A stretch of DNA of 64,000 nt from Mobula hypostoma (GCF_963921235.1 NC_086109.1:10108001-10172000); one strand, 5' to 3'. Shown: positions 12,791-24,300, counted from the stretch's first letter. Notes: generated by a model from the sequence alone, not told the origin. A program made the numbers and translations.

Positions 12791-13716
12791 GTCACCTCAG
12801 TAGCCCTTGCTAATCTCCCTGCCAGGAGATTGGTCCCCCTAGGATTCAAGTGTAACCCGTCCTTTTTGTACAGGTCACGCCTGCGCCAAAAGAGGTGCCA
12901 ATGATCCAAAAACTTGAATCCCTGCCTCCTGCTCCAATCCCTCAGCCACGCATTTATCCTCCACCTCATCGCATTCCTACTCTCACTGTCGCGTGGTACA
13001 GGCAGTAATCCCGAGATTACTACCTTTGCGGTCCTTTTTCTCAACTCCCTTCCTAGCTCCCTATATTCTCCTTTCAGGACCTCATCCCTTTTCCTACCTA
13101 TGTCATTGGTACCTATACGTACCACGACCTCTGGCTCCTCACCCTCCCACTTCAGGATATCTTGGACACGATCAGAAATATCCCGGACCCTGGCACCAGG
13201 GAGGCAAACTACCATCCGGGTCTCTGGACTGCGTCCACAGAATCGCCTATCTGACCCCCTTACTATCGAGTCCCCTACCACAATTGCCCTCCTCTTCCTT
13301 GCCCTACCCTTCTGAGCTACAGGGCCAGACTCTGTGCCGGAGGCACGGCCACTGTCGCTTCCCCCGGGTAAGCTGTCCCCCCCAACAGTACTCAAACAGG
13401 AGTACCTATTGTTAAGGGGCACAGCCACCGGGGTACTCCCTATTACCTGACTCTTCCCCTTCCCCCTCCTAACCGTGACCCACTTGTCTGTCTCCCGTGG
13501 CCCCGGTGTGACCACCTGCCTGTAACTCCTCTCTATCAACTCCTCACTCTCCCTGACCAGACGAAGGTCATCGAGCTGCAGCTCCAGTTCCGTAACGCGG
13601 TCCCTTAGGAGCTGCATCTCGATGCACTTGGCGCAGAGGTAGACGTCCGGGAGGCTTGGAGACTCCAGGGCCTCCCACATCCGACACCGAGAACAGCAAA
13701 CTGCCCTCACACTCAT
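12781..13716 (-). CDS. CR1-A ORF1: zinc finger/leucine zipper plus SGNH/GDSL esterase, intact (311 aa from the ATG)
   Basis: CSRC..CAKC, heptad LRDRVTELELQLDDL, and esterase blocks GDS, PGA, GTND, DGLH. Confidence 0.92.
   Translation of the reverse strand: MSVRAVCCSRCRMWEALESPSLPDVYLCAKCIEMQLLRDRVTELELQLDDLRLVRESEELIERSYRQVVTPGPRETDKWVTVRRGKGKSQVIGSTPVAVPLNNRYSCLSTVGGDSLPGGSDSGRASGTESGPVAQKGRARKRRAIVVGDSIVRGSDRRFCGRSPETRMVVCLPGARVRDISDRVQDILKWEGEEPEVVVRIGTNDIGRKRDEVLKGEYRELGRELRKRTAKVVISGLLPVPRDSESRNAMRWRINAWLRDWSRRQGFKFLDHWHLFWRRRDLYKKDGLHLNPRGTNLLAGRLARATEVTLN
12784..12790 (-). other. Candidate -1 ribosomal frameshift slippery site T_TTA_AAC (CR1-A)
   Basis: ORF1 ends ACT TTA AAC TAG. The -1 frame TTT AAA CTA GAA TGG TTG.. 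is the ORF2 frame. Confidence 0.7.
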
Positions 13717-13880
13717 ACTGCCCCTCTCCTCAAATAACAACAGAAAATGAATACCAAATCTTCCACGCCTCGCCCGTTTCCGCCTAAGCCCGTTGAGCCG
13801 AAGCCCTTAAGTCTTCACTCTGCTCCTGGCTCACTCCGCCGCCCACAAACTACGCTGCCTGCTGTATGAGGCTCTGTTCC

Positions 13881-14100
13881 TTTTAAATCTGCCGCGCTGC
13901 ACTGCCCGACGTCACACGCCTGTGCAGTCCCGCCTCTCTGAACGCCGTTGGAGAAAAAAACCGAAAATTTCAAAAATGTCTTTCTCGGCACTCCCGCTCC
14001 GACTCTCAGACTTCCTTCTTCGAATCAAACCCAAAGCAGGATTTCTGCCCTTTTAAATCTGCCGTGCTGCACTGTCCCACGTCACACGCCTGCGCAGTCC
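13881..14100 (-). promoter_or_regulatory. CR1-A 5' UTR duplicated promoter-like module
   Basis: 50-bp direct repeats at 13881-13930 and 14051-14100. On minus each reads ACTGC(G/A)CAGGCGTGTGACGT..TTTAAAA. Confidence 0.6.
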
Positions 14101-14357
14101 CAATAGGTTATAAATTGATAGGTTATAAATTGTCACATGATTAGGCTGGGATTAAGTCAGGGGATTTCTGGGCAGTGTGGCTCAAAGGGCCAGCAAGGCC
14201 TATTCTGTGCTGATATTCCATACATGATATTCATTCATTCATTCAGGTGCCGTGCCATATGGCGTGGGCAATCATGTCTCTCCATCCATCACGGTCCCTG
14301 ACCCTCCGAATTGTAGTTGTTGCCTCCCCTGTTTCTAACCATGATGTTATTCCATCT

Positions 14358-14427
14358 CGCAAACAACAGGAATTCTACAGATGCTGGAAATTCAAGCAAC
14401 TCACCAGCAACTTTTATGTGTGTTGCT
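14358..14427. mobile_element. 70-bp Penelope-derived mini insertion with inverted pLTR ends
   Basis: pLTR 3'-end sequence in both orientations, flanked by the 13-bp TSD TGTTATTCCATCT (14345-14357, 14428-14440). Confidence 0.7.
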
Positions 14428-15054
14428 TGTTATTCCATCTATCATTTTCATTCTCTGTCTGCCTCTGCTTCTTTTCCCTTCCAGCTTTCCAGTTGTAACT
14501 AAATGTTCTAATGTCTCTCTTCGCATGATGTGTCTGAAGAATTTGACGTGATATGTACCAGTGATATTAAACCTGATTCCAATTCTGCAAATTGTAGAGT
14601 CATGCTGACCAGAAACAGGCCCTTCTGCCCACCTAGTCCATTCTGACCAGTTTGCTCACCTAAGCTAGACCCACTTCCTCTCCTTCAGCCTATATCCCTC
14701 TAAACCTGAACTGTCCAAATGTCTTTTAAATGTTATTATACCTACTTAAACCACTTCCCTTAGCAGCCTCTTTCATAAAAACACCACACTCTGTGTGAAG
14801 AAGTTGCCCCTCAAATCCCTTTTAAATCTTTCCCCTCTCTCCTGAAAACTATGCCCTCTAATTTTTGATTCCCTTTTCCTGGGAGAAAAAAAAAGATTGT
14901 GTTACTTCACGCTGTCTATGCAGTCATGGTTTTATACACCTCTATACAATCTCTTCTCAGTCTCCTATACTCCAAGACAGTCCTAGCCTGGCCAACCTCT
15001 CCATATAACTTTGTCTCTCCAGTCTTTGCATAATGATGCCTTTTCCTGTAAACA

Positions 15055-15428
15055 TTATCATCACCATGTGCCATGTCATATGACCGTGATCACAGTCCCA
15101 TGACCATGATTGTTCTTGGCAAATTTTTCTACAGGAGTGGTTTGCCAACGCCTTCTTCTGGGGCAGCATCTTTACAAGATGGGTGATCCCAGTGTTTATC
15201 AATACTCTTCAGAGATTGTCTGCCTGGCGTCAGTGGTCACATAACCAAGACTTGTGATATGCACCAGCTGCTCATGCGACCATCCACCACCTGCTCCCAT
15301 GGCTTCTCATGACCCTGATCAGGGGGCTAAGCAGATGTGACTCCTTGCCCAAGGGTGACCAGCAGGCTAGCAGAGGGAAGAAACACCTTACACTTCCTTT
15401 GGTAGAGACATAGCTCCACCTTGCCACC
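15055..15428 (-). mobile_element. About 370-bp RTE-tailed non-autonomous element; other copies 16825-17196(-), 25151-25528(+), 27050-27412(-), 63535-63775(-)
   Basis: Five alignable copies. The 3' part has GAAGGCAATGGCAAACCAC..GCCAAGAACAATCATGG and an (ATG)n tail. Confidence 0.8.
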
Positions 15429-15762
15429 ATTTTTCTGAAATAGGGTAACCAAAACTAGCACAATCTCCAGATGCAATTTCACCAATGCCTGCTACAACTG
15501 CAATGTATTGTCCAAACTTCTATATTTAATGCCCTGATGAAGATCAGCATGGAAAACTTCATCTTCACTATTATATGTACCCATGATGGTACTTTCTCTC
15601 CTGGGTTGTTTGGACCCAGGATGATCGTAAGAAGATGGCAGGGCTGCAGAGAAAGAGCAGGGGAGCTGGACTAGTTAGAATTATAGAGGCATAGAACACT
15701 GCAGCACAAAAGCAAGCCATTTGGTCCATCTAGTCTGTGCCAAACTGTTTTTCTCTCCATTT

Positions 15763-16360
15763 TGGCCACTCACTTTAACTCTATTTTCCATTCCAACATG
15801 TTGATCTATGGCCTCATCTACTGTCACGATGAGGGAGCTCTCAGGTTGGGGGAGTAGCACTTCTATTTTGTCTGGGTAGACTCCAACATGACAGCATGAA
15901 CATCAATTTCTCTAACTTCTGGTAATTTCTACCCCCTCCCCTTCTCTCTTTTTGCAATTCCCATTCTAGCCCCTCTCTAATCCCTTCTCCTCTCCTCACC
16001 TTCCCATCACCTCCCTCTTTCACTTTGCTCCATGATCCTCTGTCGACTCCAATCAGATTCCTTCTTTTTCAGCCCTTTTACCTCTTTCACCTATCGATTC
16101 ACAGTTTCTCATTTCATCCCCCACTGACCCACCTTTCCCTCTGACCTGGTCTCACCTGTCACCTGCCGGCTTGTACTCCTTCCCCTCCCCCACTTCCGTA
16201 TTCTGGCTTCCATCCCTTTCGTCTCCAGTCCCGATGAATGGTCTCAGCCTGAAACGTTGACTGTTTATTCCTCCGTAGATGCTGCCTGGCCTGCTGAGTT
16301 CCTCCGGCATATTGTGTGTGTTGCTTTGGATTTCCAGCATCTGCAGAATCTCCTGTGTTT
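15763..16360 (+). mobile_element. Penelope-like element 3' fragment
   Basis: ATHFNS..GLIYCHDE..LRL GIY-YIG C-terminal remnant. pLTR has a mutated hammerhead at 16227-16262. Confidence 0.75.
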
Positions 16361-17298
16361 ATGTTATCTTGCCAAGTCCCGTTGAGTCGGAAGATGCTGA
16401 AGACCCCATACAGACACAGTCACCCAAATGGCCTCCTCCATACCAAATAATTTCATCTCCTGTTTGTTTAGACAGTTAAACCTATTCCAGTGAAAAGATC
16501 ATTATTAACACAAATCCTCAGATAGTGGAATTGTAAAATGAACACAGAAAAAGTTGGGGACACTCAGCAGGTCAGGCAGCATCAGAATACTTTCATTATG
16601 GAGAAAGAATCAGACTACTACAGGTCATAGACCATTAGAACTGGGGAGGTGAGAGAACGGGCAAGTTTTAAACTGAAGATAAGGGAATGGGAGGAAAGGA
16701 AAAAAGGGTTGTCTGTGATAGAACAGAGATCAAGTTTGTCAGGTAGACAGTATTGCAATCTAAGAGAGGGAAATTAATTCTTGTTAAGCATCGCTGATCT
16801 GTGCTTCATCATCATTGTCATCATCATTATGTGCCATGTCATATGGCCTAGGCAATCATTGTCTTCCCACGATCATGATTGTTCTTGGCTAACTTTTCTA
16901 CAGAAGTGGTTTTCCATTGCCTTCTTTCGGGCAGCGACTTTACAAGATGGGTGACCCCAGCCATTATCAATACTCTTCAGAGATTGTCTGCCTGGTGTCA
17001 GTGGTCGCAAAATCAGGACTTGTGATTTGCACCAGTTGCTCTTATGACCATCCATCACCTGCTCCTACGGCTTCACGTGACCCTGATCAGGGGTCTAGCA
17101 GGGGCTACACCTTGCCCACGGGTGACCTGCAGGCTACTGGAGGGAAGGAGCACCTCACACCTCCTCTGCTAGGGACATATCTCCACCCCACCACCCTAGA
17201 TCTGAGCTTAGGAGATGTAAGTACAGGGAGATAAATGAGATGCAACAATCAATCTGCTAGAGGAACTCAGCAGGTGAAGCAGTATTTGTGAAGGTAAA

Positions 17299-17926
17299 CA
17301 ACAGGAATTCTGCAGTTGCTGGAAATTCAAGCAACACACATCAAAGTTGCTGGTGAACGCAGCAGGCCAGGCAGCATCTATAGGAAGAGGCGCAGTCGAC
17401 GTTACAGGCCGAGACCCTCCGTCAGGACTAACTGAAGGAAGAGTGAGTAAGGGATTTGAAAGCTGGAGGGGGAGGGGGAGATGCAAAATGATAGGAGAAG
17501 ACAGGAGGGGGAGGGATAGAGCCGAGAGCTGGACAGGTGATAGGCAAAAGGGGATGCGAGAGGATCATGGGACAGGAGGTCCGGGAAGAAAGACAGGGAG
17601 GGGGGTGACCCAGAGGATGTCTGAATATACCTCTTGCCCATCCTCTGGGTCACCCCCCCCCCCGTCTTTCTTCCCGGACCTCCTGTCCCATGATCCTCTC
17701 GTATCCCCTTTTGCCTATCACCTGTCCAGCTCTTGGCTCCATCCCTCCCCCTCCTGTCTTCTCCTATCATTTTGCATCTCCCCCTCCCCCTCCAGCTTTC
17801 AAATCCCTTACTCACTCTTCCTTCAGTTAGTCCTGACGAAGGGTCTCAGCCTGAAACGTCGACTGCGCCTCTTCCTATAGATGCTGCCTGGCCTGCTGCA
17901 TTCACCAGCAACTTTGATGTGTGTTG
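17299..17926. mobile_element. Fold-back (inverted pLTR) Penelope-derived insertion
   Basis: 288-bp inverted arms at 17332-17619 and 17639-17926, 19-nt loop, 14-bp TSD TTTGTGAAGGTAAA (17285-17298, 17927-17940). Confidence 0.9.
17829..17864 (+). ncRNA. Minimal type I hammerhead ribozyme (Penelope-type, dimer-dependent)
   Basis: AGTC-CTGACGA-AGG(GTCTCAG)CCT-GAAAC-GTC^-GACT: stem I AGTC/GACT, intact CUGANGA and GAAA cores, stem II AGG/CCT, palindromic ACGT stem III. Predicted cleavage after 17860. Confidence 0.8.
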
Positions 17927-18224
17927 TTTGTGAAGGTAAAGGAGTTTTGGGTCAAAACCTTGCATCAGCACTGAGAGCAGAGGGGGAAATGGACAGTATA
18001 AAGAGGAGAGAGAGAGAGTGGTGATTGATGGATTGAAGAGGGGTGAAGGATGTCGGATAGTTTGAGCTTGTGTAGGGGAGGGGAGGATGAATTTGATTAG
18101 CTTTATTGTTATATGTGTATTGAAACATTGAAATATAGTCTGAGGATGTGACGAGGGCAGCACATAAGCTTCCAGCACCAACATAGCATGCCCACAGATT
18201 TGTAACCCTAACACAGAAGCATAG

Positions 18225-19290
18225 ATTACTACAGCTGAATGATTAATCTGCCTAGTCCCATCGACCCATATCTGCACCATATCCCTCCCATCCATGTATC
18301 TATCTGAGTTTCTCTTAAATGTTGAAATCGAACCCACATCTTCCACGTGCTGGCAGCTCACTCCACACTCTCACCACCCTCTGAGTGAAGAAGTTCCCCT
18401 CGTTTTCTCCTTAAACATTTCACTTTTCACCCTTAACTCATAACATCTAGCTCTATTCCCACCCAACCACAGTGAAAAAGTCTGCTTGCATTTACCCAAT
18501 CTACCTCATAATTTTGTATACCTCTATCAAATCTTTTACATCCTCAATCTTCTACATTCTAGAGAATAAAGTGCTAACCTATTCAACCTTTCCCAAATCC
18601 TCAAGTTGGCAAGAGTCTTATAAATTTTCTCAGCTCTCTTTCAATCTTATTGATATCTTTCCTGTAAGTAAAATAACCAAACCTGCACACAATGCTCCAC
18701 GTTAGGCCTCACCAGCATCTTATACAACTTTAACATAACATCCCAACTCCTGTATTCAGTACATTGACTTAAGTGCCAAAAGCTTTCTTTATTACCCTAT
18801 CTACCCATGACACCACTTTCAAGGAATTATGAATCTGTATTCCCAGATCCCTCTGTTCTACTGCACTCCTCAGTGCCCTACTGATCACTGTGTAAGATTT
18901 ATGGTCTAGAGTTCATTTAGTTTTATTCTAACTCTTTACACGATTTGTTAGAAGCTGCAGCTGGATGCATTTCTTGCAGGTGTAGTTGACAAGAACTTTG
19001 GAGGTCTCCCTGCCTTCCCTCATCCCACAAGAGCAGCATTCCAGTATCCTGCTGGCATCCCTTTTGTTCTAAATGTACAATAAGAATGAAATAAAGGAAT
19101 CTACTTGCAGCCTTCGCCTCCCCTTAGCCTCGATGAGCCAAAGCCTCAACTCCCCACTCTAACACTGGCCCATTCACACAATGGCTGATCCCACAACGGC
19201 CGCTCCACTTAATCCTAACTTCCTTTTATTGGTCCTTGCCAAGCGTCTAATTATGTACAATCCAATGTTTCCTCAAGACTGTGACGTGAT
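18225..19290 (-). mobile_element. CR1 remnants (3' ORF2 piece 18225-18900 joined to ORF1 start/5' UTR 18950-19290)
   Basis: Similarity to CR1 3' end and to the ORF1 zinc-finger start (ECCSCGM..CKKCIQLQL). Large internal deletion or two fragments. Confidence 0.65.
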
Positions 19291-20077
19291 CAGGAATCTG
19301 AAATCTCGCGTAGACCTCCTGAAACCAGACCTACGCAGGGAAGTACAGAATAAACAGTGCAGTCAGTTGCCAAGTGAATCAACAAGGGGCTTCAAGATCA
19401 GACAGGAAGTCCTAGTGCCTGATTACCAAGAAGACAAGTGGACGCCCAGTAGGATAGCTACAAGATCTGGACCAGAAATGTACACAGTGGAGGTTGGAGA
19501 TCATACATGGAGACATCATGTGGATCAGATACTGGATGTTTAACTGAGTGAAAAGAACACACCTGAGTTGATTCCATCCAACGAGATGGACATATTACAA
19601 CCACCAGATTTACCTCTCAGTGATGACCATGTCACTGACAGCAACCGAGAACATTACCATTGACAAGAAACCTACTAAACCTGATGCCACCCTAGACGCC
19701 CAGCGGCGCTATCCTGAAAGAAACAGAGTGCCACCCAAAGACTGAATCTCCAGTATAGTGAAGTTACTTGCGGACCATTATGTGAAAGCATGTTTATTTG
19801 GAATGTGGGCTTATGAAAGGAAAATTGAATGTTTGTACATACGTAACTTTATATTACATTAATCTAAAGGGGAAAGAAGTGTAATGTGTGGATCTATTTC
19901 TTGAAAAACAATGAACCCCCTTATCACTGCATATGATCTATATCTATGCCAGTGCATTGTTCTCTCTCTCTCCCCCCGCCTCCCCACTCTCACTGCAATA
20001 TGAATACGCCAGTGAAAGCCCTTTCCCACGTGCGGGCTTTTATTTTAATTGATATGTAGTTGTGCGCAGGAACAACA
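19291..20077 (+). mobile_element. Gypsy LTR retrotransposon 3' remnant (integrase C-terminus, PPT, 3' LTR)
   Basis: RNLKSRVDLLKP..KWTP..GPEMYTVEV..WRHHVDQI, purine tract AAAGGGGAAAGAAG at 19866-19879, LTR TG..CA at 19880-20077. Confidence 0.75.
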
Positions 20078-20249
20078 CTCTTATGGTCTTATGGTCTTAT
20101 GGTCTTATTCTGGATGAAATAACAAACCAGCAACAAAAAAAATTCTTCAGTATAATTTTGCTGCCAGGTGGTGGCGATGTTGTCCAGTCTATACGTTAGT
20201 CGTGACTTTAGCCTCGAAGAACTGGGAAGGCAATGCACTGAGTAGATAC

Positions 20250-20460
20250 ACCTGCAGGAAATCTGTTCGAGAGGGAGCTGTGCTACACAAGAGCGACCTC
20301 TGCTGAGCTGCAGAGAACAAGCCGCAGCTGCGAAGGGAGAGACTGAACAAGTGAAAGACCCGACTACTGACCACAGCCACCACTTACTCTTGCCCCACAC
20401 TGCACCAGAATATGTGGATCCCGTATCAGTCTCTGCAGTCGCCCGAGGACCCACTAATAG
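20250..20460 (+). mobile_element. RTE-clade LINE 3' remnant
   Basis: Degenerate C-terminal C2H2-like motif CTRICGSRISLCSRPRTH* typical of RTE ORF ends. Confidence 0.5.
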
Positions 20461-20542
20461 GTAACCCCTTGAAAGAACCCCTTGAAATTGTATAAGACAT
20501 TGCTGAGACCTAATTTGGAGTATTGTGTGTAGTTTAGGTCAC

Positions 20543-21344
20543 TGTCATGTACCCCGTGACAGATTAAAGAACCAGCAGAGATGGAAAACACTTTGGAGTC
20601 CAGTATTGCTATTAACTAATGGTATTTATTAGTAACTACGCAATGCAGATAAATCAAACAGGTTAGCAATGAATTTTTTTATATAAGTGTGGAAATATAT
20701 GAAAACCAAGCTTCTTCAAGTCTAGGAGTAAATAGATAGTCTTACAATGATGAGTAAAGTTCAGGTCAGTTCGTGGTATTGAGTTGAGTAGTGATGGAGA
20801 GAGAGAGAGAGAGAGAGAGATTTGAGTCTTCAAGCAAGCTGACGTCGTCGATCTTTCCGTTGTCCTCCGAATTCCTTTAGAAGTCACCGACTGTGACTAC
20901 AACAAAGGGAACCATTCTTCTGTGGTGGAATTATCAACCCAGGCGAGGGTTGAAACACAAACAACTCCCCACCGGTCACTCCCTTTTCACACTGCGAGAG
21001 CTACTGATCGATCCTCCAAAACCCACTTTTTCTGTGGGCACAACAAAGCTCATTCAGTGTCCAAAACCATGTGTCTGTCCGTTTATCATCTGACCTTCTA
21101 TTTATCTCACCGTGCCGAATACTAGCTGTCCATCAACCAGCCCCTCCCCTCTCTCTCTGTAAGAATACAGAAGCTGAAACCAGTGTCCTTGTAAAAATGT
21201 AAACATGCTGCAGAAAACCCATAACATCATCCAAAGCTGTCTTTGTCTCTCTCTCTCTTAAAAAACAAGATGTTGGTGTTAAGTGACTCTCTCTCTCTCT
21301 TTTCAAAAGCACAGTTCATAGGGGTAATTCAGGACTCCGTCACA
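20543..21344. mobile_element. Solo LTR (802 bp) inserted in a CR1 3' fragment (20480-21870, +)
   Basis: TG..CA ends, 5-bp TSD GTCAC (20538-20542, 21345-21349). CR1 sequence resumes on the other side. Confidence 0.85.
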
Positions 21345-24300
21345 GTCACCAACACAGGAAAGATGTAAATAAGGGTGAAAGAGCACAGAGAAAGTTTACA
21401 AGGACGTTGCCAAGTCTGGAGGACCTGAGATATAAGGAAAGATTGAATAGGTTAAGACTTTAATCCTTGGAACATAGAAGACTAAGAGGAGATTTGATGG
21501 AAGTGTACAAAATTATGAGGTGTATAGATAGGTTAAATGCAAACAAAGTTTTTCCACTGAGGCTAGGTGGAATACAACCAGAGGTCATGGTTTAAGGGTG
21601 AAAGGTGAAAAGTTTAATAGGAATATGAGGGGAAACCTCTTCACTCAGAGGGTCATGAGAGTGTGGAACGAGCTGCCTGCAAAAGTGGTGCATGCAAACT
21701 CGATTTCAATGTTTAAGAGAAGTTTGGATAGGTACATGAATGGCAGTGGTATGGAGGGCTCTGGTCCTGGTGGAGGTTGATGGGAGTCGGCAGTTTAAAT
21801 GGCTTGGCACGGACTTGATGGGCTGAAGGGCCCTTTTCTGTACTACACCTTTTTGTGACTCTATGACTTTAACACCATACTCGATTCAGCTGATCGCACT
21901 ACTAGTACTAGTAGTGAATGCAATGAAATCCAAGGTTTCAGTAGCACTTTAGTACTTACTATTACTAAGATGGACAAATACAACAATAACAGATCATTGT
22001 TCAAAAGTTTAAGGCAGAGATGGGACCAAGTTTCATGGAGATAAAAGAAACTGCAAATGTGGAATGAGAAGCAAAGAGCTCTCTTCAACAAAGGGCGGTG
22101 GATCCAGAGACTTCGAATGTTTTTCAGTCAGAAATATCAGGATTGTTGATAGCAAGAGGGTGAAAAGCAGCAGCAGGAATATTATCTGGTGTGGGGAGCG
22201 GAAGGATGGGGGGCTACTGCACAGGATCGAAAGAAGCTACAGAAAGTCTAAAATTAGTCAGCTCCATCATAGGTGTTAGCCTTCCTAGTTTCCAAGACAT
22301 CTTCAAGGATCAGTGACTCAGAGAGTCCATTATTAAGGACCCCCATCAGTCAGCCTTCTTCTCGTTGTTACCATCAGGTAGGAGGTACAGAAGCCTGAAG
22401 GCACACACTCAGCATTTCAGTAACAGTTTCCTCTCCTCTGCCATCCGATTTTTAAATGGACATTGAACCCATGAATTCTACCTCACTTTTTTATATTATT
22501 TCTGTTTTTGCAATTTAATGTACTTTTGAAACCTTTGATACATGCCAATGATTCTGATTCTGAATGTAGAGCCAAACTTATAGTCAGATAACCTTTGACC
22601 TTATTTACTGATGGCCACGGCTGAGGTGCCGTGTTATCTACTTCTGCTCCCAATTTATATGTTTGATGAATAAACTACCCACCATAATTTCAATAGTTTT
22701 CAGTAATGTCAGAGAAATGTATACAATATACATCCTGAAATTCTTTTTCTTTGCAAACGTCCACATAAGCAAAGGAATGCCCCAAATAATGAATGACGGT
22801 TAAGTGTTAGAACCCCAAAGATTCCCCCAAGTCCCCCCTCCTACACATAAACAGCAGCAAAGCAACAACACCTCCCCACCAGCAAAAAAAGCAACAGTGC
22901 CCTCGATCAAGCGCTCAAGCGTGCAGCAAGGCATCAATAAAGAGACAGACTTGCAGTACCCCAAAGACCACCTGTTCACCTGGTAATTCAATGCACCATA
23001 GGCTATTTCTCTTCCTAATAAAGGAAAAAGAGGTGTTCCCGTTTCACGGCGAGAGGGGCGACAGAACAAAACAACTCGTTGATTTATAATGTCAAAAGTC
23101 GGTTGTGTCACTTTTTCTGAGCTCTGTGCCCAAAGAACTTGGGTCCCTGGGCTCACAACCAGCAGCCAGCTCACTGCTTTTGATCTTCGATGTACTCCCA
23201 TGACACATCAAGCGGCAGCACTGACTTCAAATCCGCCCACCTACAGAGCCATGAAGATCTGGGATACTGAAGGCGCACTAGTCTTCCAGACCATGTCCTT
23301 AGCATATCGAAAAGTAGCTGGTCATGAGACCTGGAGAGCGGGTCCCATTTCCCCAAAGAACCAAAGTCAGCGTGTAACTCCAGTTCAGGGTCTTCAAAAG
23401 AACCCTGAAAAGGAAAAAAAGCAATATTGGAGATAGAAATAGAGCTGTTTCTGAAGATGCAAGCAAAAGAATTGCCGTTAGGCTCCATCATCCTAATCTC
23501 CGCTCTTTATATTAAATGACATTATTGTAATACCATTGGTCATTAAGCCTAGTGAGTCAATTATTTCCCCTAATTAACAAAGAAACCTCATCAGTTTCCT
23601 TAAGACATTCACCAGATGCTGACTTGAAATATTCCGTTGAAGCTGACACCAATTTGCTCATAATGGAACTCAACAAAACTCTGTTGAACTCACCCTTGGT
23701 ATTGGTATTGATATTGACTTATTATTGTTACATGTGCCAAAACACAGTGAAAAGCTTGTTTTGCATACTGCTTACTACAGATCAAATCATTGCAGAAAGC
23801 TAGAACATGCAGAATAAAATGTAAAGGCTCTTGGATTCTCCTGGAAGTTCACTGCATGATTCCAGTCAAAATGATGCCTGTATACAATGCTCCTCTGATC
23901 AACATCTTCTACATAGATTACTACTACTACTACTAGCACGTCGACTCAGGCCTAGGGCTCTGAGACTCTGAATAGATAATGAAACCATATATTTCACTTC
24001 TTCTATGTATTTTATGTTTGTTTTTTGTCTTGGATGTGATTCTGGAACTGTTGGAGCCTGTGATTTGCTGTTTGGAGATCGCCTGGGTGTTCCAGCATTC
24101 TGCAGTCTCCGAGAGGCTTCTGGGAAACAGAGGCAGCGCGCGTGAACCTCATGGCGAGCAGGGTGCGAGGCGGGGCACAAGCCAATGTTTGGCTCCATCT
24201 CGCTAATTAAAGCTCCTATTGTGCACCAATTAAAGTAACGAGGGAGATTGAAACATCGAGGCGAGTGCAGAGGGTGGGCGCTGGCTGCCTGCCTTTTGAT

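Larger units (their letters stand above)
9655..14100 (-). mobile_element. Near full-length CR1 LINE, family A
   Basis: (TTTCTATG)n tail at 9655-9678, ORF2 with APE+RT, esterase-type ORF1, GC-rich 5' UTR with a 50-bp direct repeat. No TSD found. Confidence 0.95.

Noticed and set aside
14103..14132. 15-bp tandem duplication ATAGGTTATAAATTG next to the CR1-A 5' end
   Set aside because: Both copies lie on one side of the CR1 within a V-SINE tail, so it is not a TSD.
17347..17880. Near-identical ORFs on both strands (177 aa and 137 aa)
   Set aside because: Artefact of the non-coding inverted repeat; no protein motifs.
19181..19543. 120-aa ATG-initiated ORF
   Set aside because: Junction of antisense CR1 5' UTR and a Gypsy integrase remnant; lacks the catalytic core.
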